From assembly GCA_002245135.1 (NCBI GenBank), contig NGBS01000585.1, forward strand, positions 310,001-342,662: 32,662 bases of DNA, given 5' to 3'. A program made the translations under genes and the position numbers. Every line of letters begins with the position of its first letter. The stretch's first letter is position 1. Below, piece after piece: positions 12,023 through 23,895 of the stretch. Source of the DNA: Proteromonas lacertae (taxonomy: Eukaryota). Under the pieces are notes generated by a model. The model had not been told where the DNA came from, did not search any database, and saw nothing but the letters and a program-made list of their open reading frames with translations.

Positions 12023-12755
12023 TTAACAACAACCACCTCCTGCTTCTTTTTTTTCTGGTTTAGGCTGAACAGTACCTGTAGTAGGTTCTTTTGGTTTTAC
12101 TTGATTTAACACTACTTCTGTCTATAATATAATATTAAAATAAGAAAAAATAATACAATTGCATAAAAAAGTTCATTTACATTGTTTCCATTCTTTGCAC
12201 TACATTCAAAATGTTGAACATTATATCTAAATCACAATAATAACATGCAATAAATACTTATCAGCTAGTTCTTTGCCATGTTCTTCAGTAATTATTCTTT
12301 TATCGGTCAAATCGCATTTATTTCCCACAATTATTTTACCGACTGATATATCTGCATATTGCTGTATTTGATCCATCCATACACTAATGTGATCGAATGA
12401 ACTTTTCTCTGTAACATCATAAACTAAGATAATTCCTTGAGCACCCCTTAGATAGCTCCTTGTAATAGCTTTAAATCTTTCTTGACCTGCTGTATCCCAT
12501 ATTTCCAATCGCACTTTTTTATTATTCACATCAATCAATTTGTATTTGAAATCTATACCAACAGTTGACATAAATATAGGTGAAAATTTATCTTGTGTAT
12601 AACGCACCATAAGACATGTTTTTCCAACAGCTATTGAATGGTATAAAGCATAAAAATGAAATACCACTATCACCTATTAACAATAATTTAATTTGACTAT
12701 CTGCTTGTACAGTCTCTTGTGGCTGTTCGTTAGGAGAGCTTGATTCAGAAGACAT
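12023..12755 (-). CDS. Rab GTPase, Rab8/RabE-like; 3 coding introns
   Basis: KLLLIGDSAVGKT, STVGIDFK, IWDTAGQERF, GNKCD, ECSAK and C-terminal GGGCC prenylation site. Introns 12631-12664, 12227-12257, 12122-12156. Confidence 0.92.
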
Positions 12756-12758
12756 TAT

Positions 12759-12823
12759 CTAAAAGAAGTAAATTAAAGAAAAGAAATAAAAATAAAACCA
12801 ATTTCTGGTATTTCATATCATAC
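12759..12823 (-). other. Probable 65-nt 5'UTR intron of the Rab gene
   Basis: Minus strand GTATGA...long pyrimidine tract...TTTTAG ending 3 nt before the ATG. Confidence 0.55.
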
Positions 12824-12996
12824 TTATAAATATTTTATTTTTAAATTCTTGAAATGTGATGAATCTCTAAAAGAATAGTGCTAAAATCCAAAAATTAAAA
12901 TTATTGATAAGTCACAATACAATTTTTTTGAATTATAAAGAATCTTATATGACCCTTCAATTTTATTCTGACTATTTGAAACGGTAAAATAATTTC

Positions 12997-13013
12997 AAAA
13001 ATAGAGTCGTTTT
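12997..13013 (+). promoter_or_regulatory. Candidate promoter motif B, AAAAATAGAGTCGTTTT
   Basis: Ends 30 nt before the NOG1 ATG; 15/17 identical to the copy at 1541. Confidence 0.55.
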
Positions 13014-13043
13014 GTAATTATTTTCATTTGCATTTCATTAAAA

Positions 13044-15104
13044 ATGAAGTATAATTTTAAGTCTATGACAGTAATACCAAAAGCAAATGAGTTAATTGAT
13101 ATTATATTAACTCGTACGCAAAGGAAAACTCCAACTGTTATTCATCCTGGGTATTGATTATTTTTTGTTTATATTTTAGTTATGAAATATCACGTATTAG
13201 AAGCTTTTATAAACGAAAAATAAAATTCACACAATCTACAATACATGAAAAACTAACACAACTTTTAGCTGAATTTCCACGTCTTGATGTATTATTTAAT
13301 AAAATTATTTTATTGATCAATTAGGATATTCATCCATTCTATGCAGATTTAATAAATGTTCTTTATGATAAAGATCATTACAAATTAGCTTTAGGTCAAA
13401 TCAATACAGCCAATCATCTTGTTTCACAAATAGCAGAAGTATTAAATACAATATTTATAATACATATAGAACTACGTTCGTCTAATCAAATATGCTGATT
13501 CTTTATATCGTTGTAAACAATTAAAAAGAGCTGCATTGGGTAGAATGTGTACTTTACTCAAAAAGCAAGGACCTTCCTTAGCCTATCTTGAAGAAGTAAG
13601 AAAACATTTATCACGTTTACCAAGTATTGATCCAACAACACGAACATTATTAATTTGTGGTTTTCCTAATGTTGGAAAGAGTAGTTTTATGAATAAAGTA
13701 ACAAGAGCTAATGTAGATGTACAACCTTATGCATTTACAACAAAGTCATTATTTGTAGGACATTTAGATTATCAATATTTAAGATGGCAAGTGATTGATA
13801 CACCAGGTATTTTAGATCATGATTTAGAAGAAAGAAATACAATTGAAATGCAGTCAATTACTGCATTAGCTCATTTGCAATGTGCTATATTATATTTCAT
13901 TGATATTTCCTGTGAATGTGGTTATACAATTGAACAACAATTGAGTTTATTTAATAATATTAAACCTTTATTTATTGGAAAACCATTATTTTTAATATGT
14001 AATAAAATCGATGTAATGAAATGGGAAGATTTAAAAGATGAATATAAACAAATGATTGAAGAAGCAACCAAAGAAACAAGAGCACATTTAATGAAAATGA
14101 GTGGTTTAGAAGAGATAGGAGTAATGGAAGTAAAGAATGCAGCATGTGAAGAATTACTAAAACAACGAGTAGAAAAGAAATTAGGCAGTGATAAAGCAAG
14201 TAGTATTCTCAATAAATTACACGTAGCATTCCCCAAACCACGAGATAATAAAGTAAGAAGTGTTTGTATACCTGAATCAGTGTTAGAATTACAAGAGAAA
14301 GGAGCATTAACAAAGACTGTGTATAGTACAGGAAGATATGGAAGATTAGAGAAAGAACAAATGGAAGAAGAAAGATCTAAATCAGGTGTTGAACGTAGAA
14401 AATCACAGAAGGAAATTCAATGGGAACATGGTGGTCCAGGTATATATTCAATGGATGATTCAGAGCATTACAAAGGAATGTTGGAGACTGATGAATGGAT
14501 TCATGATATTATACCTCAAATAGTGGACGGTAAGAATATTGCTGATTTCTATGATCCAGAAATTGAGAAGAAATTAGCTGCTTTAGAAGAAGAGGAGGAG
14601 AAATTACAGAATCAAGAAATGGAAGAAGAAAGTAATAGTGAAGATGATGTTGATAGTGATACAATGGAGATGTTTAATACAATTCAAAAGAAGAAGAAGA
14701 TTATTAAAGAAAGAAATGAATTTGCTAAAGTAGCAAATCATCCAAAACACCCAAGAACAAAGAAGATATTAGACAAAGATGAAATTGTTAAAGGATTAGA
14801 AGAAAATGATATTGAAACTGAGGGAGTAATGCAAAGAAGAGGAAAGAAGCGTACACGTAGTGTAGTAAGAGAATCTGAAGAAGAAACCAAGAAGAGATTA
14901 GCACATAAGACAAGAGAACCAATTAAAGAAGATGGTTTTGTTGATGAAGAATTAAGACATAAAGCAAAGAAATTAAAGATTAGAGCATTGAAGCCATTAG
15001 CAAGAGAAGGTAAGAGTGGTGAATCTGATAGAAGAATTGGTGATAATATGCCTAAACATCTTAATAGTGGACATAGGGGTATTGGTAAAACTGATCGTAG
15101 ATAA
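13044..15104 (+). CDS. NOG1: Nucleolar GTP-binding protein 1 (NOG1/GTPBP4); 3 introns
   Basis: [60 protein letters not shown] and C-terminal [17 protein letters not shown]. Introns 13151-13179, 13289-13324, 13439-13469. Confidence 0.97.
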
Positions 15105-15267
15105 ATTCAAACAATTTGTTGTGTTTTTTGTTATGTATGTTTATTAATTTTTCCATTATTACTAAAGATAATAAAATCTTATTATATATATATTATTTTT
15201 ATGTGTATATTTCAACTAAATTAAAAAAACAAAAAGATCAACAAAGAATCACTCTTATTAACTATAC

Positions 15268-16395
15268 TTATTCTCTCCAATGCCTCTTATTACTGTCAAC
15301 TTTTGGTAAAGCACCATACATAAAAGCTTCAATATTACATTCATTATAACCTCTTTTAATTCTGAAGAAACCATGATCACCCCATTCTTCATTGAATGAA
15401 TTAGCTACTATCCAATAAGGAAATCCCATTTCAGATCCCCAACCAATCACTTTCATGGTATGTCCTCCTAATTTCTCACCACTTTCGTGCGAATAGATAC
15501 CTTTCTTATATAAGAAGAAATCTTCATAAATTGTCATAATGGCTGTTAATGGACCATGTTCATAGATATCTTTTCTAATTTTTTGTTCATTGAAGTATAC
15601 TTGATATGGTTCATCAAAGAAATATAAATCCTCTTCATATGATTTACTATAATCATCATTACACTTCTTATCACAAGAAGGAGTATCTCTAATACCATTG
15701 CAATTGGGGTATGTTCCATTATCTAAATGATGAGAACATTTTGGTATTGGATATGTTTGGCATTGTCCTGTTTTGCCATACTCTGATCCTGTTGGAATAC
15801 CATCACTCTAATTAAATATTACAAATAAATAATATACATGAATATATTTCCATCCTTCATCTGGCCATCCACCTAAACATCCATCACCACAATTGTAGCA
15901 ACATTCCATAATTGGATTAGCTGATAATGTTGATTGGAATGTTCCATTTGTTGCTTGACATAATCTGTCTGTTGCAGCTGATGCAGTTAAGACAGAATAG
16001 CATGAAGAACATTCACCTTGATCAAGGATTTTGCTGAAAGAAGGACATTGTGGTCTTTATTAATAAGAAAAACAATAAGCATACAATTCTTTACGAGGAT
16101 CATAGTCTGTTGGTATATCATCATTATTATTTTCTCTAAAATTGTGAGATTTAAGAGGTGGAAGATATTTTGGGAATCTTAAATGAGGATTAATTGAACT
16201 ACGAAGTTTATCGATGTTCTATGCATTAATACTATTGTATTAATACTTTTGGTACAGCTGCTTGCCATTTGAGATTCTTTTTGTTAATCTCTTCTGCCAT
16301 CTTCTGAAAATCTGATAAAGATACATAAGGAGCAAAAATATACCACTGGCAGCAAGTGAACATACAACAAGTATAACAAGTATGACGAGTTTCAT
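15268..16395 (-). CDS. Cathepsin B-like cysteine protease (C1A) preproenzyme; 4 introns
   Basis: Signal peptide MKLVILVILVVCSLA, IPTDYDPR, DQGECSSCYSV, GCLGGWP, occluding loop CSHH, GGHTMKVIGWG, ANSFNEEWGDHGFFRI. Introns 16312-16343, 16219-16246, 16055-16084, 15808-15837. Confidence 0.92.
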
Positions 16396-16479
16396 CAAAA
16401 CACAAAATTTGAAACTTGATTTGTCAAGCTAAATCAAACCAAACAAATGAAACGGATATATTTGTAGATTTTATTAAAA
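16396..16479. promoter_or_regulatory. 84-bp bidirectional promoter between cathepsin B and the CR-NTPase gene, containing TCAAGCTA (16424-16431)
   Basis: Divergent ATGs at 16395 (-) and 16480 (+). Confidence 0.65.
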
Positions 16480-18770
16480 ATGTCATTTGATACGAATGAT
16501 AGTAATAAACAAATACCAGAACCATTATCACCGGATGATATCCCATTGCTGGACGGAGAGTCTTCTTTTATGAAAGAAAAAACAAACAAAAGAAAGAGTT
16601 CTGCTAAAAATAAAAGTTCAAGATCTAAAAAAATAAAAACTAATTATGAATATTTAAGTGAGAATGATACTGGCTCAGACTCCTCCATTGATGACTATGA
16701 AAAGAATATTCTGTATGAAATGGAGAATGGTAAACCTTTTATATCACCAAGCAACGTTGCACCATTTGAATTTGCAACTATCCTAGAAGGTGAGAGATTT
16801 GCTCATGAAAGAGGTTTGCCAGTTTTAAAACCTGCACTACCACCAGCAGTAAATGAACGTTTATATGGTCCACATCCTTTTGCATTAGATCCATCTAACA
16901 AGATAAATCGTTTTTTTAATTCGATTCAATTGAAATATAGCGAAAGTGAAGATTGTTATTATGTTGAATGGGAAGGTACTAATGTCTTTGCTCCTACACC
17001 AATTTTGTCATATAAAAGAATCTATGTAATTGATTATTATTTCCATATAGTTGGTGATATTATGAATAGTTCTAATAAATCATTTATTATAAGTGGTCCA
17101 ACTGGAGTAGGCAAAACTCAAATTATATTATTTATAATTGCATTTATTCGTACATTACCTGTAGAAATACGACCAGCAATTTACATTAAGAATAATAAAT
17201 ATGTATTTACATTGTATATTGAAAATGAAGTATTTGTTGTACCAAGAGAAGAAAATGTAAGAGCTGTAATAGAAATAGTAGATTCAGTATCGATTTATAA
17301 TAAAATGTTACCTCCTTTTGGTAAAAGAATTGAAATTACTAATGGAAATACACTAATATCATCATTAAATGATTCTGTTGTATATTATCTTCCAAGATGG
17401 AGTAAAGATGAAATAAAAAAATGTTTAAAGATCATTTCTACTCCACCAACAACTCCATCATTAGAGTGGAATGATAGTATTAGTAATACATATGAAAGAA
17501 TAGGTGGGATAGTAAAGTATATTATTACTGTTACTACTCTGAATTATGATATTGATAAAGAAATAAACGAATCAATTGAAACATGTAAAAAGAATAATAT
17601 ACCTGTGTATTATTCATGGAATAATAATAATAACAATTTGATGGTGCAATATGCTGATAAAACTGGATTAATGTATGAAGATATGGTTGATGAATATTAT
17701 CATATATCTGGGAGATGTATATATAGTGATTATACAATTTATTTATCAAAGAATATAGCTGTAAAAGATTTTTATAACATCTTTAGAAGGTTTATAAAAT
17801 TACAGAATTGGAAAGAAATGTTGTTGTTATTAATAGGTTTTAGAGCTATACATAATAATGTCGATATTACTAGTTCAATAAGATTTGAGTATCATAATAA
17901 AAATGAATTATTTGATTCTGAATTGCCTTCTTGGTTGATTGATACAATAACTAAAGACGATAATCTACCTGACATGGTATTTTATAGTCACTGTATGGAT
18001 TTTTAACTTTAACGTAGATAACCAAACATATTCACTGTTATATTTATATCCAGATGGTATTATATCTTCTATGACCTTCACATCATATGATGTTAATATA
18101 TTATCCATCATCAGATTTAACTGATGCTTTTAGTAAAAGTTCAGAATTAAAAAAAGATGTAAAGCTAATAAAATATGACTATGATAAAATATTAGAAGCA
18201 TTTCCATATCTTATAACACCATTTACTGTTTTAAATGAAGATAATATTATAACAGAAAGACAAAATGATAATTTAAGATCTTTGCCAACTGTAGAATCAT
18301 CATCAATTGGAGAAGAAATTAATAATAATAACAATCCCAATACAAATATTACATTCTATTTATTATCACCATCATTAGTAAAAACTACAAATCAAACAAT
18401 GGAATCATTAGTTTTAATTGAAAGTAGTGCTTATTATAGTTATTTTGATATGATAATTAATAATTCTGAATGGCAACAAGCATTGTTCAACCTATGTAGA
18501 ATTATTTATCTCTCACCATTTATTGAATTGAAGTTGGTTTTGTATTATTATTTGTATAAAAAGGGTAATGCTTATTTGATTGCATTACATTGCAATAATG
18601 AAACTGGATATATTAAAGCTATTTATGATACATTTGGAGAGGCAAAGAGTTTTATTTCTTCATTTACTGCAAAAATAGATTCTTTGAGAAATATATTCCC
18701 TTCACTGCCAAAAGTATCACTAATTGAAAATTTAAACCAGAATGATAATTTTTTTAATCACATGGAATAA
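16480..18770 (+). CDS. Crinkler/RHS (CR)-type P-loop NTPase protein; junction at 17977-18114 uncertain, possibly two genes
   Basis: Walker A ISGPTGVGKT, Walker B VIEIVDS, CR-NTPase-like YYLPRWSKDEI and YERIGGIVKYI, and N-terminal NLS-like KRKSSAKNKSSRSKKIK. ORFs can be joined by GT-AG introns 17993-18017 and 18057-18114. Confidence 0.55.
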
Positions 18771-18870
18771 CAGATACAAAAATCAGATTTATGATTATTT
18801 GTTCTTTTTGTTGGATAGTATTTTTTAGTCGATAATCAAACAACAAATATAAAAAAAATAATTATGGGAT

Positions 18871-20168
18871 TTACATACTCAATAATGTCTTCAAATTATT
18901 CATTTGAGTTATAACATCAGGATCTGACTTCTTTCTTTCTTCATCCAAATATTCATATAGCTGCAAAAACTCTCCAAAGTGTTGTTTGGCTTTATCTATA
19001 TCTTTATGATTATATAATACAATTGCATAATTTAAATGAAATTGAGGGTCACTAGCAATAGATAATAATAATTATAATAATTAATATATATATATACTTT
19101 TCCATTTCAATAGCTTTATTAAAAGCTTGACAAGCATTCTCAAAATCATCCAAACGGTTAAATGTAATTCCAACATACATATAAGTCATAGCAAAGTTGG
19201 GATTAATATTCAAAGAAGCAGTAAAATAATTATAAGCAGAAGCATATTGTTGAGTATTTAAATGAACTAACCCTAAGTTATAAGATATAATCCACTCAAA
19301 TGGATCTAGATATAAAGCTTTCTTCAAGCAAGATATTGCTGCTACATATCTCTGTTTTCCAAAGAAACACATTCCAATATTGTTCCATAATTGTGCACTA
19401 TTGGGTATCAATACAGCAGCTACTCTGTATTTAACTAATGCAACATCCATATCATTATGATCTTGTATAATTGAACCAGCTGCTAATATTGTCTTTGGAT
19501 TTCGTGGATCATGAGTTAAGGAGTTACCTAAGAAGTCAAATGCTCTGAAATTCTCACCTAATCTGAGGTATAACAATCCAATAGTTGTCAAAATCTCTGC
19601 ATTGTCTGGAGAGAATTCTAGAGCTTCTATATAGATATCTATTGCTTTTTTATAGTCTTCTTGTAGTGTAAACACTTTTCCCAAATTCATATAGGTTGAA
19701 TCATGTCTTTGTATCTGATTTGCATTTTGGAAGGATAATATGGCATTTTCATATTGTTTTAAATACATATAACATAAACCTTTATTATATAATATCTCCC
19801 AATCATCTGGATTTAGTTTTTGTGCTTCATTATATACTTCTATTGCTGTCTTGTGTTTTCCTAGTAAATATAATGAACGTCCAACTTGCTTCAAATTTTC
19901 AGGATTTGATGGGTTGATACAAGCTGCAGCCTGAAATAATTTCAATGATTCTTCTATTTTCCCTTGTTGACGATAAATTAATGCTATTTAGACACAGATA
20001 ATAATAAAAATAATGTATACCTTTCACAAATATTGGATATTCACTAATTCCATTACAGTTACGTAACTGTTCTTCTATTAACTCCAAACACTCTTTATAA
20101 TCCTTTCTAATAAACAAAATGTGGATCAACCAATTATCAGATTCTCTCCTTATACTTATTTCATCCAT
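18871..20168 (-). CDS. BBS4: Bardet-Biedl syndrome 4 protein (BBSome TPR subunit); 2 introns
   Basis: NWLIH, NLKQVGRSLYLLGKHK, ILAAGSIIQDHNDMDVALVKYR, LWNNIGMCFFGK, YNLGLVHL. Introns 19984-20020 and 19052-19097; stop TAA 18871-18873. Confidence 0.95.
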
Positions 20169-20238
20169 AACAGAAATTTAAAAATTCAAATCTTACTCAA
20201 GCTTTAGTTTTTTAAGGTTTACATACATCCAAATATCT
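20169..20238. promoter_or_regulatory. 70-bp bidirectional promoter between BBS4 and UBA3, containing TCAAGCTT (20197-20204)
   Basis: Divergent start codons at 20168 (-) and 20239 (+); recurring motif located mid-spacer. Confidence 0.7.
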
Positions 20239-21642
20239 ATGCCATCACTTGACTATAGCTCTCGTTTTGTTGATATTAGTAATGTATATACTGGTCTTTA
20301 TTTATCGCTTCTTTAGTATCTCAATAGACCTTCTGATTATGGAATTGAGTCAGGAGCATTGAGTGTTGGAGAATATGCTCCAGGAGAAGAAGTATAGTCA
20401 TATTTGTGTTATTTTTTAGACAATTAATTTCATCAAAGAAGCTAAAATCCTAGTAATCGGAGCTGGTGGTTTAGGATGTGAAATATTAAAGAATTTAGCA
20501 TTATCAGGATTTCAAAATATTCATGTGATAGATGCAGACACAATAGATATTACAAACTTAAATCGTCAATTTTTATTCAGAATGAAAGATGTGGGTCATT
20601 CCAAAGCAGAAGTAGCTGCAGAGTTTATAATGAAAAGAGTACCCGGCTGTAAAGTGGAATATAGTACATGTTATGTTCAAGATAAACCACCATCATTTTA
20701 TGCTGAATTTCAATTAGTTATAGCTGGTTTAGATAATATAGAAGCAAGATCATGGATCAATCACATGTTATGTTCATTTGTAGAAAAAGATGAAGAAGGC
20801 AAACCGATATTAGAAACAGTAATTCCATTAATAGATGGAGGAACTGAAGGATTTATGGGTCAAAGTAGAGTAATATTGCCAGGAATTACTGCCTGTTTTG
20901 AATGTACTTTAGATACAGTTCCAAAACAAGTGACTTATGCGATGTGTACAATAGCAGCAACACCTCGTAAACCAGAACATTGTATAGCTTATGCGATGAT
21001 GGTATTATGGAATGATAATTTTGATAGAAAATATGACACAGATTCTCCTGAAGATATGAAATGGATATATGAACAAGCATTAAAAAGAGCAAATGAATTT
21101 AAAATTAAAGGTGTTACCTACAATTTAACATTAGGAGTAGTGAAGAATATTATTCCAGCTATTGCTTCGACTAATGCTATTATTGCAGCATCCTGTTGTA
21201 ATGAAGCATTGAAGTATTTATCATATGGTGGACAATTATTGAATACTACTTGGATGTATATGGGAAGTGAAGGAATATATGCTTCTACATTTGAATATCA
21301 GAAGAAACAAGATTGTCCTGCATGTGGAAAGTTGTGTTTAACTTATAAATTAGAAGAAACAATGAAATTGAATGAATTGATTGAAAAAATAAAGAGTGAT
21401 GATGAGTTTAAAGTGAAGATTGATAATCCTTCAATTACATTAGGAAATTTACCATTATATATTGGAGTATTATATTATTATTATTATTATATTTTATATA
21501 GAGTTTCGAAAGTGGAAGAGAATCTACAAAAATGAATCTTGAAAAGAGTTTGAAAGAATTAAATGTTGTGAATGATTCAGTATTGACTGTTACTGATAAA
21601 GCTTTAGGTAAAAAATCTGTTGATATTGTTATTAAATTTTAA
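20239..21642 (+). CDS. UBA3: NEDD8-activating enzyme E1 catalytic subunit; 3 introns
   Basis: LVIGAGGLGCEILKNLAL, NLNRQFLFR, PLIDGGTEGF, catalytic CTIAATPRKPEHCI, LGVVKNIIPAIASTNA. Introns 20284-20316, 20392-20419, 21467-21501. Confidence 0.95.
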
Positions 21643-21814
21643 AATATTAAAACACATACATATATTATTATTACTGTTTATTATTGTTTTTTATAATACA
21701 TATATTTATTTTAGTAATTGAAATGTGATTAATAATTGTATGTAAGTTTTTTACAAGTGAATTTGATTTTTTGTTAAAAAATAATAATAAAAAGAATAAT
21801 TTTAAGTATGGTAT

Positions 21815-23563
21815 TTAAATGGGGAGTTTATTAATTATTTTTTCTTTCAATAAATCCCAACAAACTGACTTATCTTTTTTAGCATGGATTAACATATCTC
21901 TATGTTCATTTAAACGACGAATCAAATATGGGATTACTGTTGCAACAGATCCGTATGGTAAATATTTATATACATTAAATCCATTATAACTTAAACTACA
22001 AGAGATATAATCACTCATTCCATATAACTGACCAAATGAAATAGAATTTTCTTTTTTATTTATTTCACTTTCTTCCATTAAATCAATAGCTTTTAATATA
22101 CTGTTTTCATTATGAGTAGCAACTAATACATTATGATTGTTGGATATTAAATATTTAGCCATCTATAATAACAATATAATATAATATATACTCTGTCATA
22201 ATTCTTATGTGTATCTTCAATTGTTGAATATATTGGATCTTCTTCTAAACATTTTTTTGCTCTTCTTCTTTCATAATCCATATAAGCTCCTCTTACCAAC
22301 TTTACACACATTTTACAATTACTTAATTTCATTCTTTCAGCACATATTTGCATTTTATTGTAAGAATTCTTCATATATGCTTGATATGTTGCATATATAA
22401 TTGGCTTTTCTTTGTTATATCTTTTCATCATTTCGATAGTCTAATTAATATTATTTAAATACACATAATTTCAATACAATTTCTTCAATTGCAGGTTGAT
22501 AATCACTTTCTTCAGCATCTATTAATATAGCTACATCATTTTCAGCTGCAACTCGACAGATTTCATCAAATGAATCTTCTAGAAGTGTTAATTGATATCT
22601 TAGATAATCAGATAATTTAGGAATCTAATACATTATTATTATATATTATATTTACATATGGAAAACATTGATAATTAATCTCTTTATGTTGTATATTATG
22701 AAGTGAGAACATCTCATATAAACTAATCAATTGAATGCGAGTTTTATCTTGTGAAATATTATTAAATATATTCTCTATATCTGTTATTGGTTTATCTTCC
22801 TTCATTCTACGACATTCAGCGATGAATTTATCTTTCGATATTCCATCTTTTTCACTCCATTTATTATATATTTCATCAATTCTTTTATATATATTACTCA
22901 ATTGGACTAACAGTGATGGAAATATGATTGAACTTATTTTGACTGCTACTACTGGATCTGAACAGTTTGTTTTTTCATTAGAAGCCATCTATTGATTGAT
23001 TAATTCATTGATAATATTATACTTTTAGTGTTTCTATAATATACTTTTGTGCTTTTACAATATTTTCATCCATTATTTTGGGGTTTTCTTTACTATCTAC
23101 ACTATTTGACTATTTTTATAATAAAGAATTACAATATAATATTATACTTCAAATCCATAATCATAAGCAGGTTTTAGATTGTATTTAAATAATCTCTTAT
23201 TCGTTTCTTTTATTTCATTCAAACTAAATGATTATCTTAATATTGTCTTACTTTTCTCCTCCACAAAATCTTGAAAATATTGTGTGCTTTAATACGCTAT
23301 TAGTTATTGTTTTACCTGGGAAATGATAAGCAAATTTGATCATTTGGGAAGAATTATTCACAAGCAGCTTACTTTCACACAATTTAAATACAAATAAACC
23401 ATTAATCAATCTAGAAACTGGCTCCTTATCCATAATTTTACGATAATCATCAAATGAGAAACTACATATATAAAAATTGGTATATATACTTCTTTGATGC
23501 TTTACTAAAACACTTTTTGGTATAAAATAATGTGTTCCGAGTGTAAATAAGCCTAGAAAACAT
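21815..23563 (-). CDS. PRODH: Proline dehydrogenase with mitochondrial-type presequence; 7 introns
   Basis: MFSRLIYTRNTLFYTKKCFS presequence, FCGGE, LIDAEES, KLVRGAYMDYER, VATHN, FGQLYGMSD, KYLPYG, PYLIRR. Introns 23462-23489, 23224-23251, 23110-23147, 22989-23022, 22625-22655, 22441-22477, 22163-22191. Confidence 0.93.
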
Positions 23564-23895
23564 GCGAAGATAAAACTAGGATATAGAATAGTTTATATGT
23601 TAAAATTATTTATCTTCCTCATTTTTGATGTACCAAATTTAATAATATAATTGTTATTGAATGCTTCAATGAATCATTTGAAAATCTCTATAATCTGTTA
23701 TAATAATCTGTATATATCACATATCACTGTATTATATATGATGAGAACGACTCCAATAATTGTACGTGTATTATACAACTATTCACTGGCGATGATAAAA
23801 TAGACATTTTCAATTGTTTCAAAAAAATAATTCGTTTCCTTGATTTATTTTTTGTTGTTTTCTTGTTGTTAAGAAAGAATATTCTGTTGTAAAGT

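Noticed and set aside
12856..12971. GTGATGA...CTGA box C/D snoRNA candidate in the Rab/NOG1 spacer
   Set aside because: Weak terminal stem, no convincing rRNA guide, and it lies in a divergent promoter; it would need snoscan or small-RNA evidence.
5772..21642. Ubiquitin-pathway gene cluster (RING, BTB, UBA3)
   Set aside because: These are large, common families interspersed with unrelated genes; no evidence of functional clustering.
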